From: Mobula hypostoma
Lineage: Eukaryota
DNA: 64,000 nucleotides
Reading direction: 5' to 3'
NCBI RefSeq assembly: GCF_963921235.1
Contig: NC_086108.1
Span: 54,996,001 to 55,060,000 of the forward strand
The notes under the pieces are model-generated. The model made no database searches. It had not been told where the DNA came from and saw nothing but the letters and a program-made list of their open reading frames with translations. Made by a program: the position numbers and the translations under genes. Below, one piece after another: positions 23,865-37,078 of this stretch; position 1 is the stretch's first letter, and each line of letters starts with the position of its first letter.

Positions 23865-25270
23865 TAGAGAGGCTAATGGGCTTAGGGCTGATAGATTCCC
23901 CTAGACCTGATAGATAGATTTTAGGATTCTACATAGATGGCTACAAAGATAATGGACAAATTGGTTGACAATTTTGCTAGATTCCCAAAAGCCTCAGCAG
24001 ATCAGAAAACAGCACAGATAGCAATGGAAAAAAGTGACAGACAAGACAGGACATGACAGTGGGGTAAATCCTAGAATCCAATATTAAGGAGGTGATAACT
24101 GCTTGGCAAAAATATATATTGCATTGCATTTGGAGGTACTGTGATTTTATCAACAGAAAACATTGTATATTAATGTTTTTGAGTTCTTTTGAGTATGTTG
24201 TCAGCCAGATGGGTAAAGCAGAGCTAGGAGATGTAAAATTTCCAAAAGTTATTGGAGAAGGTGCTGCAAAAAATATTGCACAAATTAAAGGCATGTAGAG
24301 TTGAAGGTAATGTGTCAGAATAATGTGGTTACGGGCAATAAGAGGAAGGTAAGGATAATAGGTCCAATTTCAAGCTGGTGTTAGTGGGTTGCTTTGGGGA
24401 TCATTGCTGGGTCACAGTTAATTACGATCTATACTAATGGTTTCAATGAAGTAACTGTGCGTAATCTAAGTATGCAAATGAATTGAAGATGGGAAAGTAA
24501 AGTTGTGAGGAGCACACGTGCCTGCAGAAGGATATGTAAGCTTGAGGAATGGGCAGATGATGGCAGGTAGGGTATATTGTGGGAAAGTGTTATGTCTGTT
24601 TTGGTAAGAAGAGAAGGAAGCAGATTATTTTTTAAGTATAAGGATATTAAATGTTAGTGTATACAGAGACTTATTTGTCTATATACAATAACACACATTT
24701 AGCATGCAAACACGCCAAGTAATTAGGAAGTTGTTTGGAATGTTGACCTTGATTGCATTTGACATGGTTACAAGTAAGGAAGTCTTAGTGCAGTTACATG
24801 AGATCACAGCTGGAGTACTGCAGTCCATGTTAGACTCTTTATTTATGGAAAAGTATATTCACATCTATGCGCTGATGATCCACAATGGATCCCTGGAGCA
24901 ACCTGGATTGCCAGATGAAGGATGATGAACAGAATGAATACATGCTGTTTGGAGCTTAAAAGATCAAGGAGATGCTGAAACGTATGATTCTGAAAGGAAC
25001 TGGCAAGGGTAGGAGGATGATATGAGTGTGTTTTCCCAGTGGAGGAATCTTGAACTGGTGTGTTTGTCTCAGAATAGGGGATAGCCATTTAAAATTGAGA
25101 GAAGGACCAATTTCTTATGAGGGTCGCGAATCTCAGAAATGCTTGACCCTAGAGTACTGTGGAATCATTAAATATGTTTAATTCTATTATTAGAGATCAG
25201 GCAGGGAAGTGGGGATGAGATCTAAAATCAAGTTAATCACACCTTATTAAAAAGCAGAGCAGGCTATCCC
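23865..25270 (+). mobile_element. Highly decayed CR1-clade LINE
   Basis: Colinear remnants of the RT and 3' region seen in other CR1 copies. Confidence 0.6.
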
Positions 25271-25336
25271 TGTCCCTATATAATCTCTCCATGTTCCTGA
25301 TTCTAATGTTTGTATATTGATAATCCTACCTAATAG

Positions 25337-25478
25337 GTTAAGGATATCTGGCAAAACTCTTTGATTCTTCATAATTTGGAGAGTGGCCAAACTTATCGTA
25401 TTGTCATTCGCTGTAAACGTCGTAGTGGCCCAGGGTTTTGGAGTGATTGGAGTGATCCCCTACAAGTGAACGTACAGG
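25337..25478 (+). CDS. LEPR: LEPR exon (exon 8 equivalent) with WSDWS: VKDIWQNSLILHNLESGQTYRIVIRCKRRSGPGFWSDWSDPLQVNVQ
   Basis: taatAG / GTAAGT; class I cytokine receptor WSXWS motif (human GPGIWSDWS). Confidence 0.93.
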
Positions 25479-25902
25479 GTAAGTATTGCATTGCTGTAGT
25501 CAATAAGTAGAAGGCAGGACAGCAAATAGAATGTCTGTTTTTTAAGCATTTACTTTATCATTAAAAATTATAGAAAATGTGGTTGAGCTCAAACAACTTA
25601 ACCAAAGGGATGACTGTTTAGATTTCCTAAGTAATTGTTTTTGATGTGTTTTTACATGCTAGTTATTTTTTTCCCATGGACATAAACTTATCTCTTTGAG
25701 GGATGTCCTTTTCATTTCTGGTTCATGCCATGATAATTACATATTTTCCCTGGTTAAAGCTTTATTGTATCATGAGGAACCTCGCCCAGAGGAAAATTTA
25801 CCTACTGTAGATATTGTCACTTGTATTGGTTAAGGGAATAGAAGTAATTGTGCTTACTGGATACTAATTGGCGCCAGATAATACAAGGGGCCAGAAGGAT
25901 GG

Positions 25903-26655
25903 TACATGGTAAATGGTAGGGCATTGAAGAATGCAGTGGAACAGAGGGATCTAGGAATAATGGTGCATGGATCCCTGAAGGTGGAATCTCATGTGGATAG
26001 GGTGGTGAAGAAAGCTTTTGGTATGCTGGCCTTTATAAATCAGAGCATTGAGTATAGGAGTTGGGATGTAATGTTGAAATTGTACAAGGCATTGGTGAGG
26101 CCAAATTTGGAGTATTGTGTACAGTTTTGGTCACCAAATTATAGGAAATATGTCAACAAAATAGAGACAGTACAGAGAAGATTTACTAGAATGTTACCTG
26201 GGTTTCATCACCTAAGTTACAGAGAAAGGTTGAACAAGTTGGGTCTTTATTCTTTGGAATGTAGAATGTTGAGGGGGGACTTGACAGAGGTATTTATAAT
26301 TATGAGGGGATAGATAGAGTTGACATGGATAGGCTTTTTCCATTGAGAGTGGGGAAGATTCAAACAAGAGGACATGAGTTGAGAGTTAAAGGGCAAAAGT
26401 CTAGGGGTAACATGAGGGGGAACTTCTTTACTCAGAGAGTGGTAGCTGTGTGGAACGAGCTTCCAGCAGAAGTGGTTGAGGCAGGTTCGATGTTGTCATT
26501 TAAAGTTAAATTGGACAGCTATATGGACAGGAAAGGAATGGAGGGTTATGGGCTGAGTGCAGGTCGGTGGGACTAGGTGAGGGTAAGAGTTCGGCACGGA
26601 CTAGAAGGGCCGAGATGGCCTGTTTCCGTGCTGTAATTGTTATATGGTCCTATGG
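25903..26655 (+). mobile_element. Young CR1-clade LINE 3' end
   Basis: EQRDLG...LYKALVRPNLEYCVQFWSP...NFFTQRVV, followed by 3'UTR and (TATGG)-like tail. Confidence 0.9.
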
Positions 26656-29089
26656 TTATATAAGGAAGACTCCTACATGAATATATTAATTTATAAATCA
26701 TTTTGCATATTTTTTGGCAAAGGTATGGGCATTACACAGCTTTATCTGGGCTTGGCAGGAAGGAAAGTTAGGACTTTAAATAAAGCCTTACTAGTTGCCT
26801 CTGCTATTGTTCCAGCAGTACATTCAACACCCAAATCACTCTCACGTAAAAAAAATCCTCATGTCACTTTAGGTTCTTTTACCAAACATGTTCATTATTT
26901 GGGCCCCAAGCTCTTGATCTGTCTGGCACTAGGAAAAGTTTATCTGTCAGCCAAAAGTCTACATGATTTTAAGTACCTCCATTATGTTTTTTTTTGCAAT
27001 GTCCTCTGTTCCAAAGGGACCAGCCACATTTTCTCCCATCCGTCCTCTAGACTGAAGTCCCTCATTGCTGAAATAATTTTAGGATTTTTAAAATAATTAT
27101 AAAACTGCAAAAGCCATTAAGTGCCACAAAACTTCAGCTAAAAAAAAGACAGATCATAAACTGGGTGTATAGAAGTGGAAGGTTTCACTGTTCCAGCTTA
27201 AATCAAAGGTTGTGAAACTGAGCAGGAAAACCAAGGCACTTCTGCAAACATGGATTTATGTCCTTGAGCCAGGATTTCATTTTACACCCTGTTGTTGCTT
27301 GGGTGACTTGCTGCATTCCATGTTAAAAGCTGACCACTGTGAATAACAAGGTTTGTCAGTGCTTTTACTGCTGTGTGTCTTCCTGAGAAAATGGACACAT
27401 GTGACCTTTATAGTCTCTGATCAGCTGAAAGCTGTTGAGCGTTTCTCATTTAAAATTCCTGTCACGTGTCTCAGCTGGTACAGCTTGGAAAGAGGCTGCA
27501 CTGAGAGCTAAACACTGCTCTGTTAGCTATTTCTGAGGGGTTGTTTGATCAATGTCAATAGATAGACTTATGCTGTTACGAGATGACTGTGAATCAATTG
27601 CATAAAATGGTAAGTGGAGCAGCATCTTTAAAGAAAGGAGAGTCCACTGTTCAGCTTGTTGAAGAGCAAGTTGAGTTTGTCCTCTTGCCTCAACCTTGGT
27701 CCCAATTGGCTTGTTTTTTACCTTTTGAATAATTCCCCATTTTAGGTGCCACTGGGGTCCTGCTGCGACACCTACCTTCAGGAATTCCCATTTCATTTAT
27801 CTGTAGCTTTCTCTGTGGATGACCCTGGTGGATCTCCACACCACTTGCTTTCATTTAGGAGATCGGCAGATGCTCTCCTTGAGGTCTGTACTCTTTTCTT
27901 TAGATCAACCTGCAATATATCCATGAAAATAGGCATGTTGGATTGGAGAGCATATCTGTAAAATGATCTAAACTAGTTCTGAATAAAAATGGAGATGTAG
28001 ATCATTGGAAAATGCCACTGAAGCAATCTTAAAATGATTTCAGATAAAACCATCTGCAGGCAGACACAAATGATATTACTTAACCTCCTCTACTAATACA
28101 CTTTCTGGATTTTCCCAGTCCTAGACTTGAAGATCCCAAAATCCATCAATTCTGAACTTCCTGAAAACTCACGGTACTCACAACAGCCTGTGTAAATTTG
28201 GTTATCTCGAAATGATTATCCAAGTTTGGGTTTGGAAATTTGCCATATTTTTCAGGTGTTAGTTATGGAGAAGCTTGCTGGTTTCACTACTCTGGGAGAA
28301 TTCAGCTCCACATATAGATTGTAAAACCTTCACATTATTGTTCATCAGTTAATGAATAATCCTTTCAGAATAGAAAAAGTAAACACGTTATTGTAATTGA
28401 AAATAAAATGAATACAACTTCTAGTTGGTTGAGTGGTGGAGTTCATGTCTCTCAGTTTGAAATGTGTTGACTCACTCCCCATTATGGAACCTTGAACAAT
28501 TTGGGAGTTATCATCAGACACTGAATACTGTTCTGTCAGAGCTGAGTCTTTCAATTGAAGCCTTGTCTATCTGTTCTGAAATAATGCATCGGAACCAAAA
28601 GAAGGGGAGTTCCACCAGTTCGGACAAAATTTATTCTTATACCAACAAATCAGAATCAGATTTATTATTACTGACTAATATGACATAAAATTTGTTGACT
28701 TGCAGCTGAATTAACTGATCAGTTAATTCTTTGTTCTTGCCCGTGTACAAATTTACTGCCAGAGCAATTTGCATGTTTTTATTTGCACACTGAAAGGATT
28801 ATTCATTCACTGATGTACAATGGTGTGAAGACTTTGCTAATAAATGTGGAACTGAATTTACACTGAGATTGTACAAGATGCTCTAGGAGTTATGACACGT
28901 GGAACTTTCTGCCTTAATCTATAGCCCCCAACTCTCACCCCTACTTTCAACCCATGTGTCGGAATTGACCACCATCAGATCAGGTATGGGAGTGGACAAC
29001 GTCCCTCCCTGGCCTCCAATTTCATAAGCCCTAACCTGGCATAAACAGATGCATTCCTTGAAAAGGACTTCCATGAGTAATCTATCATT

Positions 29090-30202
29090 GAGAGGTCTCT
29101 GGGCCTCTGGACCTCCCTCTGCAATTGGATCCTCAACTTCCTGACTGGAAAACTACAGTCTGTGAGGATCGGTGATAACATATCCTCCTCACTGACAATC
29201 AACACTGGCGCACCTCAGGGGTGTGTGCTTAGCCCACTGCTCTACTCTCTATATACACATGATTGTGTGGCTAGGCATAGCTAGAATACCATCTATAGAT
29301 TTGCTGACAATACAACCATTGTTGGTAAAATCTCAGGTGGTGATGAGAGGGCGTACAGGTGTGAGATGCCAACAAGTGGAATGGTGTTGTAGCAACAACC
29401 TGGCACTTTCATATCAGTAAGATGAAAGAGCTGGTTGTGGACTTCAGGAAGGGTAAAACAAAGGAACACATACCAATCCTCATAGAGGGATCAGAAGTGG
29501 AGAGAGGGAGCAGCTTCAAGTTCCTGGGTGTCAAGATCTCTGAGGATCTAACCTGGTCCCAACATATCGATGTAGTTATAAAGAAGGCAAGACAGCAGCT
29601 ATACTTTATTAGGAGTTTGAAGAGATTTGGCATGTCAACAAATACACTCTAAAACTTCTATAGTTGTACTATGGAGAGCATCCTGACAGGCTGCATCACT
29701 GTCTGGTATGGAGGGGCTACTGCACAGGACTGAAAGAAGCTGCAGAAGGTTGTAAATCTAGTCAGCTCCATCTTGGGCACTAGCCTACAAAGTACCCAGG
29801 ACCTCTTTAGGGAGCAGTGTCTCAGAAAGGCAGCGTCCAGTATTAAGGACCTCCAGCACCCAGGGCATGCCCTTTTCTCACTGTTACCATCAGGCAGGAA
29901 GTACAGAAGCCTGAAGGCACACACTCAGCAATTCAGGAACAGCTTCTTTGATTTCCAAATGGACATTGAAGCTTTGGACACTACCTCACTCTTTTTTTTA
30001 ATATACAGTATTTCTGTTTTTGCACATTTTTAAAATCTAAAATTGACTTAGTTGTTTATTTATTATTATTATGTTTTATTTTATTTATTATTTATTTTTC
30101 TCTCTGCTAGATTATGTATGGTATTGAACTGCTGCTGCTGTTAACAAATTTCACGTCACATGCCGGTGATAATAAACCTGATTCTGATTCTGATTCCGAT
30201 TC
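29090..30202 (+). mobile_element. Rex1/Babar-type LINE 3' half
   Basis: [37 protein letters not shown], (ATTCTG)n tail. Confidence 0.88.
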
Positions 30203-30919
30203 ATTTTCATCATGCCCTTACCGTAATGTATCTAATTCATCTTCTCCTGACCCTGCTTCTTCTCTCCTTGTGCAGTCTTTTCCCTTGCCCTCTATGCTGC
30301 AGCTTAATTTGATGCTCTGCCACTCTTTCTTGTTTCCTTGCACTAACAGTTTCATTTTGACGTCAGATGCCTAAACTCTCTGCAACCTCCATTCTTCATG
30401 GGGGTGGTGCAGAAAGTCTGAGCATCTGTGGAGAAAATACAGAGACTCTGGGCACCCGACTGCATTCCGATAACTGCCATCCTCCTTTACCGATTAACAT
30501 TATTCTCATATTGATGTGCTCAGCATGACTCCATTCAATTCCTCTGTACAAGTAATGTTGCTGTAGGGACCCATATAGATCTTAGCTGTGACCATTTAAA
30601 ACAAAGCCATTTGATACTATCAAAATCTTACTGGTACTAAATTATTGAAGGAATAGAATAGATCTAGGGAACCAGTCCCTAGGCTTAACTCTACATTTAT
30701 TCTAATGGCAAATGAATAATATATTTGTTGTCTATTCTTGCTCTTAACTCAAATTTCCTCAGTGTTTTTCTTCCCCCCCCCCCCCATCACTGTTTTAATT
30801 GGGTTGTCCTTCACCTAATTCTGGTGTGGATGAACCCTGGGTTTATCTACTCACGATCACCAACTGTGCTTAAGATATTTTAGTTTAAACAAAGTAAGGG
30901 CTGAGAACCTGGGCAGTAC

Positions 30920-31175
30920 TAACACAATTGTAGAGATGCTGCCTCATAGTTGAGGTGACTTGGGTTCAACCCTGATTTTTTGTGCCGTCTATCTGGAGTT
31001 TGCACATTCTCCTTACATCTGTGCGACTTTCTCCTGGGTGCTCTGGTTTTCCTTCCTACGATGTGTGAGTTAGTCAATTACCCCCGGTGATAGAATCTAG
31101 CATGTTGATTGCAATGTGGGGTAAATAAAATGCATGAATGTAGAATTAATGTCAATGGGCATTTCGTGGCTGTTG
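30920..31175 (+). mobile_element. V-SINE (HE1-like)
   Basis: gctgcctca...gggttc...tggagtttgcacattctcc...gggtgctctggttt central domain. Confidence 0.7.
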
Positions 31176-31189
31176 AGTAATGCAGTTGC

Positions 31190-31578
31190 TACTTTCCGCA
31201 AGGTTCGCTTACAGTAATTTTGGAAGTTTTTGCATTTATTATGCTACTGTTTTACCCTTGCCTCCCCATGCGATGAGAACAATTTAAGAAGAGAATAGAT
31301 AGATTAAGATTCGATCAGCAATTTCGTAGATTAAGCTTTAGTGCGCCGTACGGTAACATCCTAGGCAGAAAAAGGTGAGGCTATATTTCACGGGTAGGCA
31401 ACCTCAAGCACAAATGATTTTCCAGCATGCGTTATCATTAATTTGAGGCAAAACATAACTAGATTTATTTAAATGGATAATTCCCATATTTCAAGTTTTT
31501 TATGGCATTTATCTGGTCCACCGTCCGCTCATTAATACGCGATCTGGCCCACAGAGGCAAAAGGGTTGCCAACCCCTG
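31190..31578. mobile_element. hAT/Charlie-like DNA transposon end
   Basis: Terminal ...ggttgccaacccctg, the reverse complement of a CAGGGGTTGGCAACC TIR. Confidence 0.5.
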
Positions 31579-31668
31579 CTATATTTCCTTTTATAAGATG
31601 TTTGTCATTTGCTACAGAACTAATGAATAAACATGCAAATATTAAGAAAAATATTTTTCTTTTGACAG

Positions 31669-31956
31669 AAATTACTTATTACCCATCCCAAGTGCTGACA
31701 ACTGTTGGCTCGGATGTCACTGTACGGTGCATTTTCTATAATCGGACTCTGACCAATTATAGTGTAGCCTGGTGGTTAAATATGCATGAGAAAATTCCAG
31801 AAGATAATTATGCTTTAATCAGTGATCATGAAACTAGTGTCACTCTCCTCAATGTAACATCAAATGGACAGTCTGGATTCAACATATTGCAGTGTTGCCT
31901 GCAAGATGAACAAAGAAGTATATGTAACTTTCGCTATGCTGAAATAATTATAATTG
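31669..31956 (+). CDS. LEPR: LEPR exon (exon 9 equivalent), Ig-like domain: ITYYPSQVLTTVGSDVTVRC...WWLNMHEKIP...CNFRYAEIIII
   Basis: ttgacAG / GTAAGG; matches human [20 protein letters not shown]...WWMNLAEKIP...RYAELYVI. Confidence 0.95.
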
Positions 31957-32178
31957 GTAAGGTTTGCTTTAAGTATTAAGTAGCTTGCTTTCTGACACTT
32001 TAAAATACTTTGAATCTCTTATATTATTTTAATCAATTAGTACAGGTGTATAATTATTTCCCACTTTTATACCATTTAAAATAAATTTATCTTCCTCCCT
32101 TGACAGTGCTGGGTTACACTTAAAAATAGCCTGATAATTATTTAGTATGGAAAACAAGTACTTGTACAAGAAAAGCAT

Positions 32179-32402
32179 CACACACAAAACACTGGAGGAA
32201 TGCAGAGGGTCAGGCAGCATCTGTGGATGGAAATGAACAGTTGACATTTTGGGTCAAGACTGTTCATCAGCCTGTTTCAGGGTCTCAACTCTAAATGTCG
32301 ACTCTTCATTTCTATCCATAGGTGTTGCCTGACCTGCTGAGTTCCTCCAGCAGTTTGTGTGTGTTGTTCCAGATTTATAGCATGTGCAGTCTGTCTTGTG
32401 TT
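32179..32402. mobile_element. Penelope pseudo-LTR inverted pair (older); a similar one lies at about 32790-32970
   Basis: Head-to-head copies of the pseudo-LTR with degenerate hammerhead cores. Confidence 0.7.
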
Positions 32403-33200
32403 TTCAGAAGAACAGCAGTGTTTAGATTAGATTATAGTGTTTACTATAAAAAAAGAATGATTGGTCACATCATCTTCCCTGATCCTGAGAGGAGAGCATG
32501 AGATGAGCCAACAGGTAGGTATCCTAATCTTTAAGATTATGAAAGATCCAAATGAAGAATGCAAGTGGAAAAATGAAATACTTTTCTACCTGCTTAGAAT
32601 AGCATAACTAAAGTTCACTAATATGCAGCAATCACATTAGTAAAAAGGAAATTCAAAAGAAAAATCCTGATCTAGTAAGAATATGACAACCTTTATCAAG
32701 GAATTTATTGCACGTGTATTGAAGGAGAGGTTAGAGGGACTGAGAAGGAATAAATGGTTATTTGGATAGTTATATAAGAAATAAGAATGGAAAATGCTGG
32801 AAACACTCAACAGGTCAGGCAGCTTCTGTGGAAAGAGGTATAGACATGATGTTAGTCAAAGCCCCTTCATGAGTTTAGGGTCTATTGAAACTTCTTTGAT
32901 CTGAAACATTATCTCTGTTTCTTTATCTACAGCTGCTGAGTGATTCTGGTAATTTCCAGCAATTTCAGCTTTTTGGTTTTCAGTTAAATAAGCAAAGTCA
33001 AGAGAAGGACAGTAGGAGAAGTAGTTGTTGGTTGAGTGGGTGGGTTGTCTTTATGTTGTATATCGTGTACAATTCTTTTAACATTACTCTCATAATAACT
33101 TATTTTGTGGATTTAATCATGCATAGGATATAAAATATCTTTTTCCCATATCTTCATTAAAACTACTTGTAACATTTCTTTATATTGATATTTTAATTAG

Positions 33201-33318
33201 ACTCAAAAATTAATATTTCATGCCAGACTGATGGTGCATTGGAAACAATGATCTGCAGATGGCACACAAATATATGGAAACCAGAAGCTGTCGGTGACTA
33301 CAAGTTAAAATATTACAT
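33201..33318 (+). CDS. LEPR: LEPR exon (exon 10 equivalent): (D)SKINISCQTDGALETMICRWHTNIWKPEAVGDYKLKYY(M)
   Basis: aattAG acceptor; matches human NINISCETDGYLTKMTCRW. Donor most likely GCAAGT at 33319 (118 nt); alternative GT at 33323. Confidence 0.88.
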
Positions 33319-33661
33319 GCAAGTATAATGTCTTTATTTTTATATTGGGGTGAGGTTTAACTCCTGGTTGCTCATTGAAGGATTTTCACTGCCTTAAACT
33401 GATTCGGGCAGGTTTTCAGACTTGTTCAACGTCTTCCATGTATGTCCCCTGTCACCTCTACACCAGATTCACTTCGATAACTGTCAGCTTCACATATTAA
33501 AGTCCCCTTTACATAAAAGTTTATATTGTGAAATCTTCATGAAGGTGCAAATTGGAGCTCTGTCTATTTTATTTGAATAAAATAAACTTCCTGATCCGAT
33601 AAGAATATGACAATCCTTATCAAGGAATTTATCGCAAATGTATTGAAGGAGAGGTTAGAGG

Positions 33662-34120
33662 CTGCATACTGAGTCCCCTCCTTTACTCCCTGTATACCCA
33701 TGACTGTATCACCGCCCACAGCTCCAATCTGCTAATTAAATTTGCCAATGCCACTACATTGATTGGCCTTATCTCAAATAATAATGAAGTGGTCTACAAG
33801 GAAGAAGTCATCTCTCTGACACAGTGGTGTCAAGAAAACAACCTCTCCCTCAATGTCACAAAAACAAAGGAGCAGGTTGTGGATTACAGGAGGAATGGAC
33901 ATGGGCTAACCCCAATTGACATCAATGGATCTGGGGTTGAGACTGATGAACTCACGCTGATTTGAGTATACTCTATATTACATTGACTGCTCTATTTATT
34001 ATAAATTATTGCAAATTACTATGATTGTACATTGCACATTTCGATGGAGACGTAACATAGACTTTTACTCCTCATGTATGTAAAGGATGTAAGAAATAAA
34101 GTCAATTCAATTCAATTAAA
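33662..34120 (+). mobile_element. Rex1/Babar-type LINE, 5'-truncated and internally deleted
   Basis: WCQENNLSLNVTKTKE..VD and (AATTC)n tail. Confidence 0.8.
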
Positions 34121-34434
34121 TTAAATAATATGCCTTAGCTCCAAAGTAAAAACAATATTTCCTTTTAACAGTTTTATCCCATTTTCATTTAAGTGCTCTC
34201 CAGATTGATTGACTATTTGTCATGGTATCAGAACTTTAGGACAAATTGGGTTGAATTTGTCTTGACTCATTTTTTGTACACCATTACTTAAAAACCAGCA
34301 GGGATCCAGTGAATCCAGATACTGGAGGTGAAAGCATAAAGTGCTAATTTCCTGTGCCGTCTAATTTACAAACATATATTATCTGATTTGATCATAACTA
34401 AGTACATTTTTTTTTAATTTTTCTTCTGGAAAAG

Positions 34435-34634
34435 GAAAGAGTCTTGGTGTGATAACTCGCAAGTTGAAAGCAATAGCATTGATGTTGAGGAATGCACAGT
34501 GCAAAAAAATGAATTTGGCCATTGTCTTATCAAGCCAATTAATGTCACTTTTGGCCATGTGATGTGGGTGGAATTCAGCCTTCAAGAGGTGGCGTTCAAA
34601 TCTGAACCAACCTGCGTGATTCCCATGGACATGG
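34435..34634 (+). CDS. LEPR: LEPR exon (exon 11 equivalent), CRH2: KESWCDNSQVESNSIDVEECTVQKNEFGHCLIKPINVTFGHVMWVEFSLQEVAFKSEPTCVIPMDM
   Basis: First AG after the pyrimidine tract, donor GTAAGT, 200 nt; Cys spacing, MW and PTCV.P as in human. Confidence 0.9.
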
Positions 34635-35019
34635 GTAAGTTCAGCTTTAATGGTTCTACTAAGGTGTTAAGGTCCAGCCAAGGTTCAATTTCCTCTTAAC
34701 GTTTACAATTTGAAATCTCCAACTTGTTTGGTGGTCTACTGGGTATCATTTGTATTTGCTACCATAGAGGTTTAATAAGGAAATACATTCTTCTGATTCA
34801 ATCTATGCATTAATAAGTGAGAAACTCCTACCTAGTTAAGAGTGCCTTTTATTGAAAGGGATCAATTTTTTTTTAGGCCTGTATATGGTATAAATGGAGA
34901 ACTTTTTTGTCTTGAAATTGTTAGCTCCACAAACCTTGAATACCTACTAATGGTGAAAGGTTTACCCATATGTTGCCTGGGTGGGGGACTATAAGGAACA
35001 GTTTAATAAATGGATTGTT

Positions 35020-35410
35020 TTGGTCAGAACATTGGAGGTGAAGGGTTAACCTGATAGAAGCGTATAAAATGATGAGAAGCTGACGTGGACTGGATAGGCT
35101 GTAGACTCCAATGGTGGAGCAGTGGAGAGATCAAATACTAGAGACTGTAGATTCAAGATGAGAGGGAGAAAGCTTAAAATAAAATATTTGTGAGGCAGGT
35201 TTTTTCACACATTGTGTTTGGAATGCATTGCTAGGAGAGGTGGGTGAAGCAGATACAATAATAACATTTAAGAGACACTTAGGCAGGCACAGGGGATAGA
35301 GCGATGTAGACAAAATGCAGGTTGGTGGGATTAATTTAGATTGGCGTCATCTTTGGCAGAAGTAGCGTGTGATGAAGGGACTTTTCAAGTGCTGTCCGAT
35401 TCTATGCTCT
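35020..35410 (+). mobile_element. Decayed CR1 3' fragment
   Basis: LIE.YK, FFT and WNAL remnants plus 3'UTR. Confidence 0.6.
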
Positions 35411-36929
35411 ATCAGGCCAGCTGGTCTGCAGAGAATTGGCAGGGATGTTTCCTTGCAGTTCAACTTGCCTCTAACTTCTCATTTTGCTCAATGGAGTGTG
35501 ATAGTGACAGAGATGAGCTGGGTCACATGTGCTGAGTTCAGCGATGGATCAGAGACACTGAGAGCAGGGTGCACTTTTCACCTAGCCTCTTAGACTTGTG
35601 TCAGGGAGGGCTGGCATAAGAAACACAGCCCAGTCATTAAATAGAATGCCTAACCTTAATTTTAAAAAGTAAGTGCGAGCAAACATTTTATTTATTTATA
35701 ATTCTAATGCTTTAATTGATTTCTAGTATATTAATATAGTTTTCGTTCAGTTTGTCATGTTTTGCTTATTTTATTAAATCATTTATATTATGTATTTAAA
35801 TTTCATCTTGTCAGGGAATGGCCTTTGAAAGTAGGGAATCCTCGAAAGGCTGTCAGTTTGTCCAGGGGCATGGCCTGGGTTTATTTAAAGTAGAGGTTCT
35901 TGATTAGTAAGGGTGTCGAAGGCTACGGGAAAAAAGGCAGGAGAATGGGGGTTGAGAAGGATAATAAGTCAGCCATGATGGATTGACAGAGTAGGCTCAA
36001 TGGATTGAATGGCCTAATTCTGCTCCTATGGATTTATAGTTTTATATCCATGAGCTGCCAGTCCTGCCTCTCTCTCAGCTATATTTCTATTGAGGCTAGC
36101 CACTCCACACTCTGAGTTCATCAGCCTTACTTTTTAAACCTGGAGCAACAAAATAAATACAGTTTAACTGAGTATTCCTTTCTGTGCCCCTAGCTGTTCT
36201 GACTACTAAATTCTCTTGTTCAGAGTTTCATTCTTTATCCCATGACTTGCTCCTGTTCAGTGTCTATCTCTGCACCCCACCCTCCCATGGCCCCATCTGG
36301 CCGAACTATTTTAAACCCTCCTGTTTAGCACTATTCTGCAAGGATATTCGTCCATTGGTCCAAGTGCAACCTATACCTCTTGTATGGGTTGCACCCCAGA
36401 AGAGATACTAATGATCCAAGAACCTGAATCCCTGCCCCTTGCACCAACTTTTCAGCCACAAATTTGTCTGGCCTGATTTCTATTTCAGACTTTATTAGCA
36501 CATGGCACCAAGACTAATCTGGAGGTCACTACCCACAAGGTCCTGCTTCTAACTCCTTACCTAACTAGTGGTAAGCAAGATGTGGGATGATCGTAGGGAT
36601 TGGTGTAAGGATGTTGTGGTCGTATGAGTTTACAGCTGGATGTGATCGGTTTAAACACAATCTGCTGCAATGAATTAGGAGTATATGCAACTTGTTACAC
36701 CATTTATCATGGGACCAAGGTGAAACCCAGGTGATTTCTTCCAATTTGAAACAGCATGAAATCAAATATATTTTGTCCTTTTTTCCCTGAAACCTTTAAG
36801 TCTCCTTATTGCTTTATTAAAATGCTAATTTGTTTTAACCTATGTGAACTTATTTATGTAACATAAATTCCTTATTTTGTAAGTCCTTCAATACCCATCA
36901 GAATTTCTTTCTCCTTTTCATATTTTTAG

Positions 36930-37078
36930 TGAAACCTTGGGCACCCTCTAATGTTGATGCAGAAATGACCTTAAATGGAAGTTATCTAAATATAAGCTGG
37001 GAAAAGCCTCTTCTGCCACCTTACACACTTCTGTTTGAAATTCAGTACTCTGAGGATGGAATAGAGAGTAATTGGAAG
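36930..37078 (+). CDS. LEPR: LEPR exon (exon 12 equivalent): VKPWAPSNVDAEMTLNGSYLNISWEKPLLPPYTLLFEIQYSEDGIESNWK
   Basis: tttttAG / GTAGGG, 149 nt; matches human VKPLPPSSVKAEIT...ISWEKP...QWK. Confidence 0.95.

Noticed and set aside
27600..28300. Very old Gypsy integrase remnant on the minus strand
   Set aside because: Only faint motif traces; too degraded to support.
28405..28570. DeuSINE-like remnant
   Set aside because: Similarity too weak to call by eye.
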